Under the pieces are notes generated by a model that made no database searches, was not told the DNA's origin, and was given only the letters and a program-made list of their open reading frames with translations. Positions 1 through 11,589 of a stretch of DNA of 64,000 nucleotides are shown here, piece after piece; position 1 is the stretch's first letter; every line of letters begins with the position of its first letter. Source of the DNA: Octopus sinensis (lineage: Eukaryota). The stretch covers positions 139,438,001 to 139,502,000 of the forward strand of contig NC_042999.1 in NCBI RefSeq assembly GCF_006345805.1, read 5' to 3'. A program made the position numbers and the translations under genes.

Positions 1-195
1 AGAAATACAAATAAAAATGCTGAATAACCAAACACTATTCAGAAGTTTTTAATTATGTTTATCAAAAATTTCAATGAATATAGTAGCAAGGTATTGCTGT
101 TTTAAAAAACATTTGTTACACGGATACAGACAATTGGTCTACCATAAAAATAGCTTCATTTCATTGCGTCTATTTATAATTTTATTTAAACAATT

Positions 196-237
196 TTAAT
201 TGTATTTATATACGATGTGTTTATGATATGTGTGCGC

Positions 238-323
<86 letters not shown>

Positions 324-399
324 ACAATAAATAGAAGTGTGTGTTTGCATATATATATATATGCATATACGTGTATGTGTGTTCGTTGTATATTATATA

Positions 400-431
<32 letters not shown>

Positions 432-551
432 CATATATATATATACAATATATATATACATATATATATATACCATATATATATATATACATATATATAT
501 ATAATATATATTACATATATATACTACATATCTATACATATATATATATAC

Positions 552-584
<33 letters not shown>

Positions 585-716
585 AATATATATACATAGA
601 TATATATATATATATACCTAATATATATACATACATATATAATATATATATATATATAAATATCTATACATAATATATAAATATATATACATATATATAT
701 ATATATACACATATAC

Positions 717-747
<31 letters not shown>

Positions 748-874
748 ATAATATACATATACATATATATATAATAAACAATACATATATTATATATATA
801 ATATACATATACATATATATATACATATACATAGATATATATATATATACATATACATATATATATATACATAT

Positions 875-965
<91 letters not shown>

Positions 966-1054
966 TATATACATATGCATATATGAATGTACATATATAT
1001 ATGTATATGAATAAAAATATATATGTATGTACATATATATATATCTGTATTGTA

Positions 1055-1110
<56 letters not shown>
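196..1110. repeat. Compound (TA)n/(TG)n/(TACA)n microsatellite field
   Basis: Directly visible; source of the many YI/HT/CV ORFs. Confidence 0.97.
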
Positions 1111-1114
<4 letters not shown>

Positions 1115-1351
1115 ATGTACGTTCTCAAACAACAGGACCAAGGTACTCAATACTAAAGTCGAGTGTAAATATTTAACGTAGTGTTGATGTTGTTATTTCA
1201 CTACTTGAACTACTTCAAGTTTCGAGTATGCCACTATCACGTGAACAGCAGAAGTCACATAACAGAAAGTATTTTCAACACTGGCAATAAAAATACATAC
1301 GTGTGTGTATGTACAAATGTGTGTACATGTACATACGGATATATGCATGTA

Positions 1352-1765
1352 TAGGCCTGGCTGTGTAGTAAGAAGCTTGCTTCCCAACCACATTGTTTCG
1401 GATTCAGTTGCACTGAGCATCACCTAAGACAAATGTCTTTTACTACAGCCTCAGGCCGACCAAAGCTTTGTGAGGGGATTTGATAGACAGAGACTGAAAG
1501 AAGCCTGTTGTATGGTGTGTGTCTTTGTGTCTGGGTTTGTCCCACCCCCACCCCTGCCACACACACATACACACACACTAACGCTTGACAACTAGTGTTG
1601 GTGTGTTTACGTCCCCGTAACTTAGCGATTCGGCCCAAGTGACCGATAGAGTAAGTACCAGGCTTTAAAAATATAAGTACCACGGTCGATTCATACGACT
1701 AAAAGTTCTTCAAGGCGGTGGCCCAGCATGGCCGCAGTCTAATGACTGAAACAAGTAAAATAGAA
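1352..1765 (+). mobile_element. tRNA-type SINE, family A (A/B-box-like head, internal microsatellite spacer, LINE-like 3' stem-loop tail)
   Basis: Head ggctgtgtagtaagaagcttgcttcccaaccac; tail ggcggtggcccagcatggccgcagtctaatgactgaaacaagtaaaa; homologous copies at 15.6, 28.3, 29.5, 38.2 and 42.6 kb. Confidence 0.85.
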
Positions 1766-2094
1766 GATATATTTATTCATTTACAAACTCATATATTTTA
1801 ACATACAAATATTTACACCACACATACACACACACACATAATAACATACATACATACATACATACATACATACATACATACATACATACATACAACCCAC
1901 TGACTTGATGTTATTCACGATCGACGAAATGCCGAGAGAACAACTAGCGCAAATTCAAACCCTCAGTTTTTTTGTCGAAGTTTTGCTATATTGTACAACG
2001 GTAATTGCACGCCAACAGATGGGAGAAAAAGAAACTGATCCAAACAATAATACTGACCCAAAATAGATTATCTTGGTGGAAAAAATGTTAATTA

Positions 2095-2325
2095 GGCGGC
2101 AAGCTGACAGTATCGTTAGCACGCCAGGTGAAATGCCTAGCGGTATTTCGACTGCCGTTATGTTCTGAGTTCAAATTCCACCGAGGTCGACTTTGCCTTT
2201 CGTCCTTTCGGGGTCGATTAAATAAGTACCAGTTACGCACTGGAGTCGATGTAATCGACTTAATCCCTTTGTCTGTCCTAGTTTGTCTCGTCTATGTTTA
2301 GCCTCCTTTTGGCAATAAAGAAATA
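2095..2325 (+). mobile_element. SINE, family B
   Basis: Core gttctgagttcaaattccaccgaggtcgactttgcctttcgtcctttcggggtcgattaaataagtacc recurs more than 10 times in the window. Confidence 0.85.
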
Positions 2326-2609
2326 GAAACAGATTATCTCCCTTCAAAATAACATCAACTGAGTCCGGAAAACGATTGAAAATTGGACACGATCATCAAA
2401 AAAAAACAAAGAGTAAACTGATTGCTGTCACAGTCTACAAGCGGTAAGCGAAAAAATTTTCTATAGTAAAAAAATTACATCAGTGCAAAATGATAAGCTG
2501 CAAGTTTGCCAGAAACCCATGTTGTATGTCGCAGTATATTTTATGGGTATTAGATATTTAAGGTACATGCTCTCATTGTACGCTGAAGAATAATTCTACT
2601 CATTGTGTT

Positions 2610-2843
2610 ACGATAAAGCTATCTGTACATCTATGTGTATACATGTGACCGCATGTGTATCGTTGGCGATTTTCTTTCTCCGTCTTCCCTTCTTTGAACT
2701 TTTTCTATATTTCTGACGAAGAGCTCCGCTCGAAATGTGAAATCCGCATTCTTTTCTTTTCTTTCCTGAGCGTCCAATAACATTGTACTTATTCCACGTC
2801 CTCACGTTGTTGTTTTTTCTTGCTTTTTCATGTTTGGATTGAC
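2610..2843 (+). mobile_element. Short Penelope-pLTR-like repeat carrying a minimal hammerhead-like motif (2709-2743)
   Basis: CTGACGA-A-GAGC/tcc/GCTC-GAAA with ATTT/AAAT stem I; flanked by microsatellites. Confidence 0.55.
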
Positions 2844-2853
2844 TATATATATA

Positions 2854-2888
<35 letters not shown>

Positions 2889-2889
2889 A

Positions 2890-3070
2890 TTGATCGTTAG
2901 CACTACACACATTTTTTCTGTCCTTGTTTTTCTGTGTTTCCTTTTGTAGAAGAGCGGTAGGCTCGAAACGTAAAAGACTTGCTTTTCCATTCTGAGCGTT
3001 ATACTAATACATCTGTTTGTTTTGTACAGCACCTTTCGTCTTCTTTTGTTTTTTACGTAAAAACTCTCCC
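2890..3070 (+). mobile_element. Second short pLTR-like repeat with a degenerate hammerhead-like motif (2941-2976)
   Basis: GAGC/ggtag/GCTC-GAAAC-GTA-AAAG; its 3' part recurs inverted at about 17935-18010. Confidence 0.5.
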
Positions 3071-3533
3071 TATATATATATAATATATATATACTTATAC
3101 AGCGTCGATGGTGTAAGTGAACTGTGAACGAGCTGTAAACGAATTTCGAAACAGCTGTAAATATATGGAATACATATTTCTTACTTCTCACTTCTCCTCT
3201 CCTAATTGTAATTTACCACATCGACATAAGACCACATATATGTTGGGATAATAGTTGTATTGGATGGTGTGTAGTCGATAGAATCGACCCCAGTAATTAC
3301 CATGGACAAGAACCAATGTCGACCTCGGAACGTAAAAGGACAGAAAAAATTAGTCTTGTTAGGTATTTAGTCAAAAACTCTAGTATTTTTGTTTTCTATT
3401 TCTAATTATGGACCTTTCATTGACTTGAGTTTCAAAACAATGAAGTTAGAATTTCAAGTTAAAAATACTCAAGTTATAAATTCGATCTCGCAAAACCAAA
3501 AAAAATTAGAATAATGTGTGTATGTGTGTGTGT

Positions 3534-3574
<41 letters not shown>

Positions 3575-4142
3575 TGTATGTGTGTGTGTGTGTGCGTGCG
3601 TATGTGGATGTACATGTATGTGATCGTATGATTACCATTTTCAATAGGAAATGTTTCCTTAAAGGTCCCCTGACAAATAAATAACCTAAAAACATTAATA
3701 CACTGGTTGTCGTAATATTTCTTAAAACTGCATTTCGCATCATGGGTCGCTGCAAAAAAATGTGAAACACAAAAAGTTTTCTAATTTTCCATTAATTTTC
3801 GACTATTTTCAGTGTTTTTCCAGCTGCTAATTGAATATAAAGACGAACACTAGGCTTCAGTTCTTCTATCATCATGTTCCTTTCTGCTAATACGAATGTG
3901 CTGAATTCAATTTGTTTGCTTCGACAGTTGGGCTGCTGAACTAACTTTCAATACAATAACGCAAGAATAGTACAATTCAACGTATTTCATCCAAAATTCA
4001 GAGGAGCAAAGGCCGTATGGCTCCTTGGAAGGAAGGATGGAAGGAGAGAAGGAGGGAAGAACTATTCACTACAAGCTGCTTCGGGTTGTTTTCGATTTCT
4101 TTGTTTGAATGATGTCGGTGTCCCTGTTTTAGACAGAAAGCA

Positions 4143-4185
<43 letters not shown>

Positions 4186-5532
4186 CATGTGTGTGTATGC
4201 ATGTGTGTGTATGCGTGTGTGTATGTGTGTATGTTTGTGTGTGTGAAAGAGAGAGAGTTAGTCGGTGTACAAATGTCTTTCGTTCCTAATTTTATGAATG
4301 CATATGCATGCGTCTGTATGTATGCAACTATTTGTATGCATGTATCATTGTTGCTTATGTCAGTGAAAAAACAAACTGTCGTCACATTTAAGAGAAAGAT
4401 AAGATTGCCATTTCGAAGCAATATATTTTTTCTCAATATTTTCCTTTTAATATTTAGGAACGATTCTTGCAAATACAACTGATAGCTACAGTACAGTGAT
4501 GGCATGTATGTGGTGGGCTTAGTGCAATACTGTTGGCCCTAATGCAAACCTGTTACATTATAAATAAAATAATACAAAAGGAAGTTAGATAGACATATTT
4601 TTGTATATAACCGAACAAAATCTCCGAAGGAAGATTCAAAGAGCTTTTTTCTTTTGTATTTCAATGAACAGCTAGAGATGGGCCATGTCTAAAAACTGTG
4701 GTACTGAAATATAAGAAATTTACACGTCCTCAAGTGAAATGTACGCTTCTGAAAATATCTACAATTGCATCTTATAGTTGAGCAATGGACCTTGGGTGTT
4801 ATGAGTGGAAATATTTTAGTGTTTCAATCGTTTTCAGAATATGGATATAGGATGGAATATAGGGTAGAGTGTATATATGCCATTGCGAGTACGTATGTGT
4901 GCTTGTATGGGTGTGTGTTGCTGTGAAGAGAAGGATAATGACATGTGATCTGTGATACAAAAATAACTGCTTGAGCTTAGTACGATCTATGTTCAATTTA
5001 CAATTTCATAAGAGGGTTGGATACATTCACAATGAGTGGCTTCAAGACAAATACAGTCCTAGGTTGATTGATGGAAAATATATTTAGTACATGATCTGAA
5101 AAAGAAATACTGTAATGATAGAGAGACTGCAGGTTATAAGCTGTAATTAATAGAGAAGCGGGAGTTGAAGATAGAGGAAGTAGCCTAAAGCTGGAAAATT
5201 GTTGGTGGAGAAGGTTTGCCATATGGTTGGACGAATGCAATCACGATATTGAACGCACAGAACTGATTTACTTATCTACATGTGAGAAGGACTCTAATGT
5301 AGGTTATATTTTTGATTTCTATGTATACACTGTATAAATGTATCATGAAAATAAAGGTGTACAGAAAATTGTGTTACGTGAATAAAAGCATTTAATTATA
5401 AGTGTATACAGACGAAGATGGAAAATTATATTTTAAAATGTATGAATCATGAATAGAACTATCTGCTATTTGAAAATTCTTTGGAAGCTTTTTAATACGT
5501 ATTTGTTTCATTTTACACACACACACATATAA

Positions 5533-5564
<32 letters not shown>

Positions 5565-5895
5565 TGTGTGTGTGTGTGTGTGTGTATGAGTGGGGGGTAT
5601 ATACATGTGTGTGTGACAGATCAGATGGGAATATAAGGGAATTTGGCTGGTATTTCGAGCAAGTCCAGCAACTTCATAGAGACCTCTTTCGCTCAAGCGT
5701 CATAGATTTCCTGTAAAAGAATCTTTGAAGTCAGCTAAAGAGTTTTCAAGCAACCCTTTGATTTTCAGCTTACTGTTGACAATTTCCCGAAAATTCTTTT
5801 GAGCTTTATAAATGTATGTGTGTCTCTGTGTGTGTATGTGTGTATGTGTCTGTCTATGTGTGTGTGTCTGTGCATTAAGTATACAAAATATAAAA

Positions 5896-5937
<42 letters not shown>

Positions 5938-6039
5938 ATATATATATATAATTCTTTAACTAGTTTCAGTTCGAGAGCTGTGGTCCAGCATGGTCACCGC
6001 CGTGATTTATATACACATATAGCATATACATATGTTGTG

Positions 6040-6140
6040 TGTATTGGGCCTTGGTGCCCAAATCCTGAATTGAAAGACTTCGCCCAGGTGGTGCTATTAA
6101 GTTAGACATGGCCTGGGCCAATACTGGCCAAAACCTTTTT
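6040..6140 (+). mobile_element. 3'-end fragment of the CR1 LINE family at 6355-8335, in opposite orientation
   Basis: About 95 bp inverted match to 6355-6450. Confidence 0.8.
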
Positions 6141-6214
6141 AAATTATTATTCTAAATTATTATATATATATAATGTAATATACAATATATATATAATATG
6201 CATACATATATATA

Positions 6215-6256
<42 letters not shown>

Positions 6257-6354
6257 TATAATGTAAATATACATATATACATATATATATAATATGCATA
6301 TATATATAATGTAAATATACATATATACATATATATATAATATGCATACTTTGA

Positions 6355-8335
6355 TAGGTTTCGGCCATTATTGGCCCAGGCCATGTCTAACTTAATAGCA
6401 CCACCTGGTGAAGTCTTTCAAGTCAGAATTTGGGCACTATGGCCCACTCAAGTATAGAGTTATTGTTTACAGAGACATATCCAGGTGTAGGGGGTTTATC
6501 CGGGATTTCTTGAAGGAATCTGTCCAAAGGCTTCTTGAACCCTATAGGGTCAGTTTCTGTTTTAATGTGTTTTGGTGTAATGTTAAAGAGAGCGGGGCCA
6601 ATTGAGGTGAAATAATTGTGCCGTATTGTTGTTATGAGATGAGAGTGCGATTTTTGTTTTGGGCGGATGGCACGGGCCCAAGCCTTGGATGTACCTTAAA
6701 GGTGATGCCAACATCATTTGGGCAATGCTGATGGAATATTTTCCACATCATGCAGATGATGTAGCGCTCACGACGACGTTGGAGAGAACAGAGTTTTAGC
6801 TTTTCTAGTCGACCCCAATAGTCGAGGCCTGTCATGCCATCTATCTTTTTTGTGATTGCCCTTTGAGGTGCTTCAACTTTTATGATACCTTGTATTGTGT
6901 GGGGAGACCACAGTGGACAACAAGTATTCAAGGTGGGGTCGGGCAAAAGTGGAGAGAGAAGGATAATGGTGTGGATATCTCTCGACTGGAAAGTTTCTGA
7001 GAATCCAGGAACACATTCTGCGGGCCATGTCAACTTTGGTGTTTATATGAGTCGCCCCAGCTTACGTTTTGTCCACAATTACTCCCAAGTCTCTGATGTT
7101 GTTGGACGCCGCGAGAGTTTCACCTGAAGGAAGGGAGTATGGGAGTTTCAGGGCATCCTTTTCCAAAGTGGATTAGCTCAAATTTATCCTCGTTCAGCAG
7201 CATATTGTTTTTTTTCTGCCCATTGGATAACAGCCAGTAGATCTGACTGAAGGCATGTCCGGTCACTCGCCTCATTTATGACCTTCTGTAGCTTGGAGTC
7301 ATCTGCAAAGATTTTTATGTTGCTGTGCTTGATGATGTCATTAATGTCATTAATGTAAATGATGAAAAGAAGTGGGCCCAGCACAGTGCCTTGCGGAACG
7401 CCACTACTGACTTTGGCTGGGCTTGATTTTACCCCCTTCAAATACAACATGTTGAGATTCTGTCTGGAGGAAACACTTAATCCATTTCAGTAACTTTCCA
7501 GAGACACCAATGTTGGATAGTTTTTTCAATAGGATCTTGTGATCGACCCTGTTGAAGGCCTTACTGAAATCAAGGTAGATGACATCGGTGTTGGAAGCCC
7601 TCTCCCAAAGCTCTCAAAATGTCCTCAAAGTGATGCAAGGAGCTGCGTTAGGCAGTCCCTTCCATTACGGAACCCATGGTTGGAGATCAGCCGTCTGTTG
7701 CTTTCCAGAAATTGGGTTATTCGAGATCTCACCACCCTCTCAAATACCTTGATGATGTGAGAGGTGAGTGAGATCGGACGGTAATTCACTGCAAGGGACT
7801 TGTTTCCCTTTTGAAAACTGGGACAACAGATTGGGACAGAAGGTTTTTGGAATATAGCCAGCATCCAGTGAGTTTCTCCACAGATTAGCAGGGGAGATGC
7901 AAGTTGGTGTCGACACACCTTCAGGACACAAGCAGGGAACCTATCGGGGCCTACTGCGAATTGTGTTTTATTTCGTTTATCGCCGCTAAGACATCAGGGG
8001 CACTAAACGTTATGTCCGATATAGTGTGTTGGGGGTTGACATCACTGATACAGCCCACATCGGCCATATCAGGATTGCTGAAAACAGAGCAGTATTGTTT
8101 CTGCAGTATCTCGGCCATGGATTTGCATTATCTTGGAGAGTGCCAGTTCGTCAATTAGAGGGCCTACAGTGGAGACAGTGACCCTGCGTTCCTCGCAATG
8201 AAAAGAAACACTTTGGGGTTGAGTTTGATTTTTTCAATGGCCCACTTCTCCTCAGCTGATCTTTGGTTATTGATGAGGGCCTTCATGCATTGTTGGAGGT
8301 TATATTTTTGGATTCAAGCAGTGCGATAGCCGTCG
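6355..8335 (-). mobile_element. 5'-truncated, frameshifted CR1-clade LINE (ORF2 reverse transcriptase and C-terminus)
   Basis: NYRPISLTSHIIKVFERVV, HGFRNGRDCLTQLL, SGVPQGTVLGPLLFIIYIND, IFADDSKL, DYWGRLEKLKLCSLQRRRER. Confidence 0.93.
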
Positions 8336-8391
8336 AATGTGTGTGTGTTGCTGTTGGCAGTACTTTAGTTTGTTAATTTGCTTTTATATAT

Positions 8392-8425
<34 letters not shown>

Positions 8426-8507
8426 ATACACATATATATATATAATGTATATATATTATATGTGTGTGTGGTGGTGTGTATATATATATATATATATAAT
8501 ATATATA

Positions 8508-8626
<119 letters not shown>

Positions 8627-8644
8627 CATATATATGTGTGTGTG

Positions 8645-8676
<32 letters not shown>

Positions 8677-8683
8677 GTGTTTG

Positions 8684-8716
<33 letters not shown>

Positions 8717-8984
8717 ATATATAATATATATATATATATATATAGCATAATGACAAGAATTAGATTATATGGGTATCGCTACAACAATGATTCGTTAAGA
8801 CATTTTATTGTCACAAAACAGCGTACATGCATTTATGTAATACTTCCAGAAGATTATGCAAAACATTACATTTAAGCTCTCAAGTCTTCGGGCTTAACCA
8901 TATGCAGATCAATAATTCATATGCTGTCAGATAGGTTCAAAAGAGAGAGAGAGAGAAAGATACCTACATGTATATATATATATA

Positions 8985-9647
8985 CCACGCACCGTAGCAA
9001 TAGACGCCAAATGCCCTGTTTCCACCGGGGTGGGGTCTGCCTCGAAAGCGACATGCACACGGGAGAGGCCAAACGTCAGAATGCACCGAGCGCGATCGAC
9101 CCCACTCTGTGGGTCCTCCGCTAATACTAGGTTGTAGCGTCGATCGTACATCTTGCGAGCCTACGATCAGTCCCCCCCCGCTAACGTGCGGGATAGGATG
9201 TACGATCGCCGATACAACCTGTTTGTACAGCCTAGTGTCAGCGGAGATCCCACAAGCAGTGGTCGATCGAGCTCGGTGATCTCCGACGCTTGGCCTCTCC
9301 TGTGTGCAGGTCGATTTTGAGGCAGACCCCGCTCAAGCGCAGCAGGGAACCCCAACTGCAGACCCGGAACAAAGTGGCTGCGCATCAGGGCCCCTACTTT
9401 CGGTGAGCGCAGTCACCAGCGCCAGGGCCGAGTTCCAACGCCCGTCCAGGCCAGAAAGGGACCCTGGGTGCCGGTGTATTAAGGTGGACCGTGCCACCCG
9501 TCAAGGGAGAGAGCTTACCAACTAGTACGGTTAACCGAAAATTTGTTGATTCATTTTTTTCTTTTGCTCGCCTACAATATAGTGTGTTATTCTCGGAGAA
9601 TTTAAGATGGTAATAGGACATTTGGCGTCTATTTCTACAGTGTGTGG
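8985..9647. other. GC-rich fold-back element: 42-bp outer inverted repeats and an internal 300-bp hairpin
   Basis: 8985-9026 vs 9606-9647 match 35/42 inverted; arms 9032-9154 and 9195-9330 are inverted. Confidence 0.75.
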
Positions 9648-9689
9648 TGAGGCGTAAAGCCAATATTTTGTTATAATTATGTATATAAT

Positions 9690-10825
9690 TAAATATTTTA
9701 AATATTTTAATTTTAAATATTTTAAATATTTTAAAAAGGTTTCAGCTGCAAAGCTGCGGTCATACTGGAGCACCACCGTTGACTGAGCTACACCATTATT
9801 TGGAACCTCCTCTAATACGTGGCATTTGGTCAATGAGGGAGTTTGATGCTGCGCCTCATCCGTGTTTCCTACCCTGAGTTAGGCTAGTCTGGAACCCGTA
9901 ACAGGAAGAGATCCAGTTTTGTTTTAAAGACACATCCATACCATGCAGGTCTCTCAGACATTTTGGAAAGATATTAAAGAGCTGTGGGCCCTTGAAGCCC
10001 AAGTTGTTGCAGTATCTGGTCCTGTATTTTGATGGCGATGCTGGGATCCTAGGCACTATGCAGTGGCGCCCCGTTCTGCAGTTTATATAACTTTCAATGC
10101 CAAAGTTTGGTACAAGGCCTTCTAGGATGTTCCAGATGTTTATCACTGCATATCTCTCCTGCCTTCGTTCCAGAGAGAAGAGTTTTAATTCTTTCAGTCT
10201 TTCCCAGTAGCTGACATGTTGCATTGAGACGATTTTCTTAGTGTAGCTTCGTTGGATTACTTCGAGTTCCGCAGTGGATTTGTTTTATTGTGCGGTGGCC
10301 ATAGTTGGGAGCAACAGTCTAAGCGGCTAAGAACGTATATCTCCAAAGTATCATCAATGTCTCCTTTTCTCTTGTTTGGAAAGTTCGGAGGATCCATCAA
10401 GCCGGCCGCCTGCATTTTATTGCCAAATTGGTAATATGCATTTGGAAAGATGCATCATTCCTTATGCTAATGCCCAGGTCACGCACTGATTTTGATTCAG
10501 GGATTTCAATTCCTCCTGGGCCAGTGTATCCTGTCTGCATATCGTTTAGCTGTGTGTGCTGGTAGCGTAGGGCCTGGAATTTTCCTGCATTAAACTGCAT
10601 GTTGTTGTCCCCAGCCCACCTGTATATTGCGTCCAACTCCTGTGGCAGATGTGCAATATTTCCAGGATTTTGTATTGTCTGAGAGACTTTTGTGCCATCT
10701 GCATAGCTAGCAAGGGTAGCTATCTGAGCAGCCGAGGGCATGTCTGAGAGGGCCACTATTAACAGCAGTGACTCCAAGACAGTGCCCTGTGGAACACCAC
10801 TTGCTATTTGCGTTTCATTAGGTTT
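9690..10825 (-). mobile_element. Second 5'-truncated CR1-clade LINE (different family) with 3' stem-loop and tandem-repeat tail
   Basis: VPQGTVLESLLLIVALSD, YADGTK, YWERLKELKLFSLERRQERY, RAASNSLIDQ; tail of repeated aaatattta units at 9690-9737. Confidence 0.9.
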
Positions 10826-10834
10826 TTATTTCTG

Positions 10835-11060
10835 CGATGACTACCAGTAAAATCATTAACGATTTTACCCTTTATTATAATTAATATTTGAAAATTTACT
10901 CCCTGATCGAAGCTGTATTAACTGCGGCCTAGATCTTGATACACTACATGTGTGTTATTCTCGGAGATTTTAAGGTGGTAATAGGGTATTTGGAGTCTAT
11001 TTCTACAGTGCGTGGTGAGGCGTAAAGCCAATCCCTTGTTATAATTATGTATATAATTAT
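10835..11060 (-). repeat. Interspersed repeat; direct copy of about 9570-9690 and source of the 42-bp motif at 8985
   Basis: gtgttattctcggag...gtctatttctacagtg(c/t)gtggtgaggcgtaaagccaat is shared. Confidence 0.75.
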
Positions 11061-11173
11061 AATATATATATACATGTAGGCATGTATATGTGCTAGCATA
11101 TATATGTCTATTTATATGTATGTAATGTATGTATGTATGTATATGTAACATGTAAGTGTATATATATATATAT

Positions 11174-11205
<32 letters not shown>

Positions 11206-11208
11206 TAA

Positions 11209-11318
<110 letters not shown>

Positions 11319-11589
11319 GATAAAACGGTAAATAACCAAAGAAAGAGACTCAATATTATATAATAGAGGAATTTATCTGTAAATGTAATATGTGACAATT
11401 ATTCGGTAGCCAAGATAAAACTCCAAGTTTCGGATGCCGAGGTTCGAACAGTTGATCACTATAAACAAATGTGTGTGTGCGTTCGCGAGCGTGTGTGGAG
11501 GACAATCAATAGCCCATGCATACAAGTTTCCCTCACCTTACCACCAATGATGCCCAAGGGAGAGCCAGGGCCGATACATTTCGCGCCGT

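Noticed and set aside
196-1150. Many overlapping ORFs rich in YI/HT/CV dipeptides (also at 8.3, 11.1, 13.4, 18.7, 28.2, 30.8 and 42.4 kb)
   Set aside because: Translations of dinucleotide and tetranucleotide microsatellites; no coding evidence.
1352-1430. tRNA gene
   Set aside because: Only a degenerate tRNA-like SINE head; no complete cloverleaf; same for other SINE heads.
3790-3940. Possible terminal exon on the minus strand (…CRSKQIEFSTFVLAERNMMIEELKPSVRLYIQLAAGKTLKIVEN*)
   Set aside because: Weak acceptor, no recognisable homology, no partner exons found.
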